Below, piece after piece: positions 15,609 to 22,331 of a DNA stretch of 64,000 nt; the first letter of the stretch is position 1, and every line of letters begins with the position of its first letter. The position numbers were made by a program, and so were the translations under genes. This stretch comes from a virus: IMG/VR virus record IMGVR_UViG_3300029267_002434; one strand, written 5' to 3'. The notes below the pieces were generated by a model, which did no database searches, was not told the origin of the DNA, and saw only the letters and a list, made by a program, of their open reading frames with translations.

Positions 15609-17012
15609 ATGAATTACTACGAATTGAGAGCGGAAGTTGCGAAGCTTGTGCCAAGAATGATCAATCTTGCCGGAGTGAAGGGGAAGATCGAATTGGTGAA
15701 GGAGAAAGGGCGCAAGACCAACTATAAAGAGTTCAGCCTGGACGTACAGGGCTTCCAGGATAAGCGTCGGCTCCTGAATCTGGAAGAGGTGTCCAGCTTC
15801 TTAGAAATCTCGCTCAGAGCAGTGGCGTGCCCGATGCCTTTCAATATGGATGTGTGGGACGGCATAATCTGCCCCTACAATTGTGCGTATTGTTACGCTA
15901 ACAACTTCCGCGCCTCGTTGTATACTTCTTTCTTCGATAACAGCAAATCGATGGGCCTTCGGCATTGTAACCCGAAGTACTACAAGAAGGAAATGGACAA
16001 TCTTTTCAAGCTCAGAGGCAAGGATCCCCATAGCGTAAAAGGTGATATCCAAAAGGCCATCGCTAAACAGATCCCTCTCCGTATGGGCATTCGGTTCGAG
16101 GACTTTCTGAAACCGGAGAAGAAAAAGGGCGTCAGTCTCGAGATGATGAGGTATCTCGCGGACAACGATTATCCTTTAATGATTAACACCAAGTCGGACC
16201 TGCTCGGGGAGGACGCCTATCTTAAAGCGTTGAGCGACAACGAAGCAGGTACTGCTGTACATATAACCATGATATCCAACGACCGGGAGTTCACTCGTAA
16301 GATCGAGCCCGGAGCGCCCACCTTCGAGGCTCGCGTGGAATCCGCAAAGCGCCTAACCGCTGCAGGCGTCAGGGTCGTTGCTCGGATCGAGCCCTACCTT
16401 GTCTTTTTAAATGACGATCCGGATGCGGTACGGGAATATATGGATAAGTGTTGGGAGGCTGGTATTCGCCATATCACCTTCGACACCTACTCCTACTCCG
16501 CAAAAAACCCGGGAATCCGCAAAGCCTTTTTGAAGGCCGGATATGATTTTGATCGCCTCTTCCTCCTCGGATGCGATAGTCAAGGCCTGGGCTCGATCCT
16601 TCTCGATAAGTTTATGGACCTGTTCCGGGAGTACGGCTTCAAGTGCTCCACTTTCGATCTTGGTTGTGTTCCCGGGAACAACCAGATGGTCTGTTGCGAG
16701 GTCGGCGATCTATTCCAAGGCAGCGGTTGGAATTATGGCTGCGTTGTATCCGCTATCCGGTTTATCAAAAACAAGGACAGACCGGTTGGATGGGTTGAAT
16801 TTGAAGAGTACGTCAACAAGAACGGGGGATTTCTCAGCGAGTCCCTGCGCTACGCTATGCACCAACTGTGGAATTGGGACGGTAATCTTTCCTACCGCGT
16901 CCAGTGGGGGCAAGGTATCGAGCCGATTGGAACGGACAGAGCCGGAATCGTATGGGAGTACCGGCAACACGAGGACTTCCGGGAGCAATTGCTGAAGGAG
17001 TTGTTATCGTGA
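15609..17012 (+). CDS. radical SAM enzyme, SPL/SplB-like, paralogue 2
   Basis: CxxxCxxC cluster ICPYNCAYCYANNF, preceded by ACPMPFNMDVW. This parallels CPLPLSIDPY...CLVDCHHCY in the 10209 gene. ATG 15609 directly follows the upstream stop. Confidence 0.7.
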   Translation: MNYYELRAEVAKLVPRMINLAGVKGKIELVKEKGRKTNYKEFSLDVQGFQDKRRLLNLEEVSSFLEISLRAVACPMPFNMDVWDGIICPYNCAYCYANNFRASLYTSFFDNSKSMGLRHCNPKYYKKEMDNLFKLRGKDPHSVKGDIQKAIAKQIPLRMGIRFEDFLKPEKKKGVSLEMMRYLADNDYPLMINTKSDLLGEDAYLKALSDNEAGTAVHITMISNDREFTRKIEPGAPTFEARVESAKRLTAAGVRVVARIEPYLVFLNDDPDAVREYMDKCWEAGIRHITFDTYSYSAKNPGIRKAFLKAGYDFDRLFLLGCDSQGLGSILLDKFMDLFREYGFKCSTFDLGCVPGNNQMVCCEVGDLFQGSGWNYGCVVSAIRFIKNKDRPVGWVEFEEYVNKNGGFLSESLRYAMHQLWNWDGNLSYRVQWGQGIEPIGTDRAGIVWEYRQHEDFREQLLKELLS

Positions 17013-17221
17013 GAACCAAAGGCCTAAAAAACGTCACCGTTCGTATAGGACGCACTTACAATTTAGGCAATTACGAATCGGTGCGGATCGACGTGGGATG
17101 CGAACTCGAGGCGCAAAAAAACGATTCCAATGAAGATATCGTTGAACGCGCCAGCGAGTTTTGTGAGGACGCATTACTCAAACTTGAGAAGACCTGCGGG
17201 GTAGACTACTATGGCGATTAA
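17009..17221 (+). CDS. hypothetical small protein (70 aa)
   Basis: GTG at 17009 forms a GTGA overlap with the radical SAM stop. The longer 16904 start in the ORF track would overlap that gene by 109 nt. Confidence 0.4.
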   Translation: MRTKGLKNVTVRIGRTYNLGNYESVRIDVGCELEAQKNDSNEDIVERASEFCEDALLKLEKTCGVDYYGD

Positions 17222-17234
17222 GGAATACACAGTG

Positions 17235-17369
17235 ATGAGTAATAATGAGGAGTATCGTTGCTCGGTGTGCGGCGATGCCGAAATGCTCGTTGTTGATGAG
17301 GAGGGAGAGTTTATATGCACCGAATGTCTTTTTGAACGAGAATGCGAAGTGGACGAAGGAGATTGGTAA
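17235..17369 (+). CDS. small zinc-ribbon ORF (44 aa), not in the ORF track
   Basis: Hand-translated: MSNNEEYRCSVCGDAEMLVVDEEGEFICTECLFERECEVDEGDW (CxxC...CxxC). It stops 1 nt before the next ATG (17371). Confidence 0.4.
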   Translation: MSNNEEYRCSVCGDAEMLVVDEEGEFICTECLFERECEVDEGDW

Positions 17370-17370
17370 A

Positions 17371-17529
17371 ATGGCAAAAGGACTTAATATGTTTTGTAAC
17401 AAACAAACTTGGGCGAACGACGAATACAGAAACGCATACGACGAAGTTGAGTGGCCGGAGCATCCAAAGGATTGCAATTGCGCTCGTTGCTTCACAGAGA
17501 GGATGGATCGAAGTGAAAAAGAAACCTGA
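17371..17529 (+). CDS. small hypothetical ORF (52 aa)
   Basis: An internal ATG of the 17245 ORF-track ORF gives MAKGLNMFCNKQTW...CNCARCF. It abuts the zinc-ribbon ORF. Confidence 0.35.
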   Translation: MAKGLNMFCNKQTWANDEYRNAYDEVEWPEHPKDCNCARCFTERMDRSEKET

Positions 17530-17633
17530 ACCCTACTATGTTCCGGCTCAAGGATTTGACGATGCGCAACTTGGAAGAATCCTTGAGCGGCTCAGTCAGC
17601 AACTAGATTATCTCATAAAGGCGGTGGAGGCGA

Positions 17634-18467
17634 ATGAAAGTATCAAAGAAGATCGAGACGCTGTTTGCCCATGCAGTAGCCCTCGAACAATCGGGTAGAC
17701 TGCGCAATACTGTTTATTGCATTGAGGACGAGATCTATATCTTGAACCCAGACAATACCGTACTGCTCCAGATAAACGTAGGGGAGCAAGTATTTGATGA
17801 GCCTGTATCGTTCCGGGCCAACGACTACGAGAGCAATAAGTTCTATGTAGAGGACGGTAAAATTGTCTTCGAGACAAGGGCTGAGGGCTTTGTCCGAAAG
17901 AAGCGGTGCGGCGTCCCGGAAGCCAATCCAGAGGACGTAAGGGACATGTTCAATGAATTCGAGCGCGCTCCGCGCAGTGCTCCTACTGTAAAGCTTCATA
18001 AAGGAGTCCTGAAGGTGTTGGACGATAACCTCTCTCATATTGAGTTCTCTGGCGATGAGAACGGGCTGCAGATCATCCAGCGTAACATTTACGATGGATC
18101 GACAGTAGATATAACGCGGGAAGCGCCCAAGGGCTTGATGGAAGTGACGAAGGATATCTTCCCAACGGAGTTCGGGCCGATCGGTATGCGAACAAATGAT
18201 TTCTTTGCTTTGTTCGTGTTTTTTGATACAATAGAATTCTCATTTACGGAATGGGGGTACTGTACGATCCTGGCAAGCAAAGCAGGAATAGTGATGCAAG
18301 GATTGGTCAGCTGGTGCCTCTACGATGAAATGGGAATAGTAGACGCCATTATAGAGGGGGTGAGAAAGAATGGGCGGAAAAAGTCGGAAGAGCGGGTCGG
18401 TGAGCAAGAAGCTAGTGGACCGCCTCGTAGAACAAAACAAAAAGGACAAAGCCGGAGGACAAAGTGA
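17634..18467 (+). CDS. hypothetical protein (277 aa) with basic C-terminal tail
   Basis: SD GGAGGCGA precedes the ATG. No family recognised. Confidence 0.6.
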   Translation: MKVSKKIETLFAHAVALEQSGRLRNTVYCIEDEIYILNPDNTVLLQINVGEQVFDEPVSFRANDYESNKFYVEDGKIVFETRAEGFVRKKRCGVPEANPEDVRDMFNEFERAPRSAPTVKLHKGVLKVLDDNLSHIEFSGDENGLQIIQRNIYDGSTVDITREAPKGLMEVTKDIFPTEFGPIGMRTNDFFALFVFFDTIEFSFTEWGYCTILASKAGIVMQGLVSWCLYDEMGIVDAIIEGVRKNGRKKSEERVGEQEASGPPRRTKQKGQSRRTK

Positions 18468-19270
18468 TAAACCATCCAGTGGATCCAAAGGCTTACGAAT
18501 ATTTAAGGACTCTGAGCAATCGTGGTCGTAGGCCTAATTTCTGGACATCGGCTGAGTATTTCAATCGCGCAGGATGGAGGGATAACTCATTTGACGGATG
18601 GGTTTGGATCGAGGACGAATCCGGCAAGTGTATGCTCCCTCCTTTAATCCAGCGAGGAGCGACGCCCCAAACTCAATTTCCAATGGGCATCGATTATGTA
18701 TGGAGCGACTTTCCAAATTGGGGACAGCCGGATTGGAATAAGTGGTTCCTAGATTTTGAATACCTCTACCGTCCCAAGTCCTTCCATAAGATGGAGGGCA
18801 AGCGGTGGATGAAGTTCCGTAAGAACATCCGCAAGTGGCCGCGTAGTTTGCCTGATAAGATTGAGCCTGAATATACCTTCGCCACTCCCATCAAATCGAA
18901 TGTTGAAGAGTTGTTTGTCGAGTGGATGGGTACGTTCGGGGAGGGCCTGTCTTTTTACGATCCTGATGTTATGGCTGATTACGTCTTCCACCCACCTCAT
19001 CACCAAGCCGCGTACTTATATGCGGGTGGAAAGCTGATGGGGATGAATATATGGGACTCCAACCATATGTTCATCAACTACCGGTACGCTATACATCGGG
19101 AGGAGCCCTTTCTAAATGAGTACTTGCGGTATTGTTTCTATATGGACAAGTGGGAGTCCTTGACTATTGTGAATGACGGAGGTTGTTGCGGAAGCAAAGG
19201 TTTAAAACAATTCAAAGATACCCTCAATCCCTGGAGAATAAGGGAGGTGTACACATGGGAGGCAAAATGA
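18464..19270 (+). CDS. hypothetical; FemAB/DUF2156-like, paralogue of 12159..12980
   Basis: The C-terminal GCCGSKGLKQFKDTLNPWRIREVYTW parallels GSTAEGLKQQLGFLPYDTYKL of the 12159 ORF. GTGA overlap with the upstream stop. Confidence 0.35.
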   Translation: MINHPVDPKAYEYLRTLSNRGRRPNFWTSAEYFNRAGWRDNSFDGWVWIEDESGKCMLPPLIQRGATPQTQFPMGIDYVWSDFPNWGQPDWNKWFLDFEYLYRPKSFHKMEGKRWMKFRKNIRKWPRSLPDKIEPEYTFATPIKSNVEELFVEWMGTFGEGLSFYDPDVMADYVFHPPHHQAAYLYAGGKLMGMNIWDSNHMFINYRYAIHREEPFLNEYLRYCFYMDKWESLTIVNDGGCCGSKGLKQFKDTLNPWRIREVYTWEAK

Positions 19271-20283
19271 AAAGAGCAGATCTGTTGGAAGCCCTGGAGC
19301 GAGTAGCCCCGGGATTAGCTCAGAAAGAAAGCATTGAACAAGGCGATTGTTATGTGTTCCTCGGAGATCGAGTCGTGACCTTCAATGATGAAGTAGCGGT
19401 TTCGTTCCCTATTGATATCGGTTTCGAAGGAGCCGTCAACGCCAAGAAACTATATGAACTTGTGAAGCGGATGAAAACCAAAGAAATCACTCTAACCCCC
19501 AGCAAAGAGGAGCTGAAAATCAAGGGCGGCAAGGGCAAGGGTGGTATCCGGCTCCAGGAAAGTATTGCCCTCCCTATCGATGAGTTCAAAGGGGAGAAGG
19601 AGTGGGTGCCCTGTCCCCACGGCTTTCCTAAAGCCCTCCGGTTCGTTTTGTTCACCGTGAGCCAAGAGGAGCATCTGGGAGTTTGTACTGGAGTTCACGT
19701 GAGCGATACCTTCATGGAATCGACTGATAACTTCCGCGTGACCCGAAAGTATTATGAAGACCTGGAAATGCCTTTCGAGGACTTTGTGCTTCCCTCCGGA
19801 TCTGCCAAGCACCTAACCAACTACGACTTAGGCGAGATCTACGTTGACGGTTCGTGGGCGCACTTCCGAGCGTTAGACAATACTGAGATCTCCGCTCGAA
19901 TCTACAACGAAGAATATCCGAACTTGGACCGGTTCATCGATACAAAGGGCGGCGCTTGTATAGCTTTGCCTGATAACTTTCTGGAACTGGTAGCCAGAGC
20001 GGGGGTCTTCTCCGAGATGGACGAATCTCAGCCCTTGGAAAAGGTAAAGGTATCCCTCACCGATGACAAGATAACCGTTCGAGGCCGGAACGAACAAGGG
20101 TGGTTTGAAGAAGCGGCATCGACGGAGTACGATGGAGCGGATATTGACTTTATCTCTTCCCCAAAGCATTTGGCCGAAATGTACGCGGTGACCCCCAATC
20201 TGCGGATCATTGATGATAGGATCGTCTTCGAGAAGGAAGATGATTTTGTTTATATCACGGCCATGATTCAAGAAGACGACTAA
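19267..20283 (+). CDS. DNA polymerase sliding clamp, beta-clamp (DnaN)-like
   Basis: The N-terminus MKRADLLEALERVAPGLAQKESIEQGDCYVFLGDRVVTFNDEVAVSFPI...AVNAKKLYELVKRMKTKEITL follows the DnaN domain-I pattern. The 338-aa length fits three domains. ATGA overlap with the upstream gene. Confidence 0.55.
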   Translation: MKRADLLEALERVAPGLAQKESIEQGDCYVFLGDRVVTFNDEVAVSFPIDIGFEGAVNAKKLYELVKRMKTKEITLTPSKEELKIKGGKGKGGIRLQESIALPIDEFKGEKEWVPCPHGFPKALRFVLFTVSQEEHLGVCTGVHVSDTFMESTDNFRVTRKYYEDLEMPFEDFVLPSGSAKHLTNYDLGEIYVDGSWAHFRALDNTEISARIYNEEYPNLDRFIDTKGGACIALPDNFLELVARAGVFSEMDESQPLEKVKVSLTDDKITVRGRNEQGWFEEAASTEYDGADIDFISSPKHLAEMYAVTPNLRIIDDRIVFEKEDDFVYITAMIQEDD

Positions 20284-20289
20284 CCAAAA

Positions 20290-20365
20290 GCGGTGGTGGT
20301 GTAACTGGTAGCATACTTGGCCCCCAGCTAAGAGGTGTCGGTTCGAGTCCGATCCTGCCGCTCCA
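20290..20365 (+). tRNA. tRNA-like gene, best read as tRNA-Gly (anticodon CCC) with encoded CCA and non-canonical features
   Basis: Hand fold. The acceptor is GCGGTGG/CTGCCGC (7 bp, 2 G-U), with discriminator T and CCA. The D arm is GTGT/GCAT with an AACTGGTA loop. The anticodon stem is CTTGG/CTAAG with loop CCCCCAG. The T arm is GTCGG TTCGAGT CCGAT. Oddities are C at position 33 and one extra C between the T stem and acceptor stem. Confidence 0.6.
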
Positions 20366-20382
20366 ATCCGAAAGGAAAGGCA

Positions 20383-21105
20383 ATGGAATTGAAACCTGTA
20401 TATTTGGAAGCAAGGGACATACCGGATGCTTGGTTCCGGTTGATATACGCCCTGGTAGACGGGGCTGGATTTTCCTATGGCATAGACCAAGGCTCTTTTC
20501 AAAACGAGTTCAAGCGCCTTGAATTCGATTGGGTTACTGTTTACATCAAATTCCCCCATGGAGAGTGCCGACCAGTATTAAATCCTGCTTTGGGTCTGTC
20601 CGACCCAATCCCGCCAGATTTCGATATTGGATCCTACGCAGCGGACTACATCTTGACCGGAAACAAAAAGCCAGACGAGGCCTATACTTACGGACAGCGC
20701 CTGTCTAATTACAACTTAAACGCGGGCTCCTTCGACCAGATCCTATATTGGGTTGATAAGTTGAAGAAGGCCCCGCGTACCAACCAGGCTATTATGACCA
20801 TAGCCGTTCCAGAGGACGGACTGCTCGAGGACCCTCCTTGTCTGCGTCATATTGATATGAGAATACGGGAGGGCGTTCTGATCTTCTATCCGTACTTTCG
20901 ATCCTGGGACCTGTGGAGTGGCTTCCCGGCGAACCTCGGGGGTATTTCGATCCTCCAGCAGTTCATGGCGGAGGAGATCGGGGTAGAAGCGGGGCCTATG
21001 ATTTGCTCCAGTAAGGGCTTGCATTTGTATTCATATGTATGGGAATTCTCAGCACAGATCCGAGGCCGGAACGTAGGTGAGTTCTTGAAAGAGGTGGCTG
21101 CATGA
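20383..21105 (+). CDS. thymidylate synthase (ThyA) family protein: dUMP methylase or hydroxymethylase
   Basis: DPPCLRHIDMRI carries the catalytic Cys. YFRSWDLWSGFPANLGG matches ThyA RSxD...PxN with Asn retained. GLHLY matches the ThyA H-x-Y. The protein is short (240 aa) and divergent. ATG 20383 lies downstream of the tRNA, whereas the 20335 start in the ORF track lies inside the tRNA. Confidence 0.7.
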   Translation: MELKPVYLEARDIPDAWFRLIYALVDGAGFSYGIDQGSFQNEFKRLEFDWVTVYIKFPHGECRPVLNPALGLSDPIPPDFDIGSYAADYILTGNKKPDEAYTYGQRLSNYNLNAGSFDQILYWVDKLKKAPRTNQAIMTIAVPEDGLLEDPPCLRHIDMRIREGVLIFYPYFRSWDLWSGFPANLGGISILQQFMAEEIGVEAGPMICSSKGLHLYSYVWEFSAQIRGRNVGEFLKEVAA

Positions 21106-22331
21106 AAGGATTCTTTAGTACGTCAGAGATAAGAAAACCAAAGAAGACTATTACCAGTCCTCAATGCGGCAGGTGCGGCCTACATAAAGAATGCCGATCG
21201 CCAAAGATGGAGGTGGGTGGTAAAAAGGAAATCCCCATCTACTGGTTTGCTGAGGCCCCGGGAGCCCTCGAGGATAAACGGGGCACTCAACTTTGCGGCA
21301 AGGCCGGGAAGTACCTCCGGCGGATGGTCGAACGGATTGCCGATATTGATATTGAGGATTGCTTTAAGGACAACGCCGTTCGATGCCGACCGCCAGAGAA
21401 TCGAGATCCCAAGGATCATGAGATCGAATGCTGCCGCCCGAACGCAATTAAATCGATCAAAGAAGCCCAGCCCCATATCATAATACCGATGGGTACTTAT
21501 GCGAACCTAAGCTTATTGAAGCATACTTTCAAGAAGGACATCGGTACTGTTTCCAAATGGCAAGGGGCGACGATCCCAGACTATACTTTCAATGCTTGGA
21601 TATGTCCTACCTTTCATCCATCTTACATCATGAGGGAAACCACTCCTGCATCGGCCAAAGTCATAATGGAACGCGATATTGCTAGGGCCGCAAGGTTATT
21701 AGAGGTCCCTTTACCGGAGTGGCGAGATGATGAGAAATGCGTAGAGATATTGAAGCATCCGGATGAGATCCGAGCGTATATCAAGGAACTGATCCGATCT
21801 AAACATACCTACCCTTTTGCCGCGTTCGATTACGAAACCACTGGTTTAAAACCTCATAGGAAAGGGCATGATATCAAGTGCGTCTCTATTTGTACTGAGG
21901 CCTACCGATCGGTAGCGTTTCCTATGCTGGATGAGATACGCCCCGTCTTCAAGAAGTTCCTACGAGATCCGGACATTTGGAAAGTAGCGCAAAACCTTAA
22001 GTTTGAGGAAGCCTGGTCGCGGGTCATATTAGGACAGGAGGTAGCCGGATGGTTATTTGATACTATGGTAGGTTCTCATATACTTGACCACCGAGAGAAT
22101 ATTACTTCTCTCAAACACCAAGTCTACCGTCGATACGGAGTAGCAGATTACGACTCCCACCTCAATTCCTTATTGAAAGGGACGAAACCGGGAGCCAATG
22201 CTTTCAACCAGATTGAAAAGATAGCGATCCGCGACCTATTGATTTATTGCGGACTGGACGCGCTTTACGAATACAGATTAGCCCTAGACGAAATGGAGGA
22301 ACTCAGACCAAAATGGATAGAGCGACGATAG
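21102..22331 (+). CDS. family-4 UDG-like domain fused to DnaQ-type 3'-5' exonuclease (N-terminal portion of a family A DNA polymerase)
   Basis: UDG family 4 motifs are AEAPGALEDKRGTQLCGKAGKYL and ICPTFHPSYIMR, with Fe-S-type Cys (CGRCGLHKEC, VRCRPP, CCRP). The exonuclease motifs are Exo I AAFDYETTGL and Exo III CGLDALYEY. Confidence 0.8.
   Translation: MKGFFSTSEIRKPKKTITSPQCGRCGLHKECRSPKMEVGGKKEIPIYWFAEAPGALEDKRGTQLCGKAGKYLRRMVERIADIDIEDCFKDNAVRCRPPENRDPKDHEIECCRPNAIKSIKEAQPHIIIPMGTYANLSLLKHTFKKDIGTVSKWQGATIPDYTFNAWICPTFHPSYIMRETTPASAKVIMERDIARAARLLEVPLPEWRDDEKCVEILKHPDEIRAYIKELIRSKHTYPFAAFDYETTGLKPHRKGHDIKCVSICTEAYRSVAFPMLDEIRPVFKKFLRDPDIWKVAQNLKFEEAWSRVILGQEVAGWLFDTMVGSHILDHRENITSLKHQVYRRYGVADYDSHLNSLLKGTKPGANAFNQIEKIAIRDLLIYCGLDALYEYRLALDEMEELRPKWIERR

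Noticed and set aside
16543-16995. 150-aa alternative-frame ORF within radical SAM paralogue 2
   Set aside because: Its translation is Ser/Ala/Thr-rich and it sits inside a gene with clear motif support and continuous coding signal.
17245-17529. 94-aa ORF-track ORF
   Set aside because: I replaced it with two abutting small ORFs: a 44-aa zinc ribbon at 17235 and a 52-aa ORF at 17371. These tile the region without overlap. Confidence is still low for both. The overlapping 17342..17698 ORF was likewise not called.
19873-20559. 228-aa minus-strand ORF
   Set aside because: It spans the clamp gene end, the tRNA and the ThyA-like gene start on the opposite strand. It is a shadow ORF.
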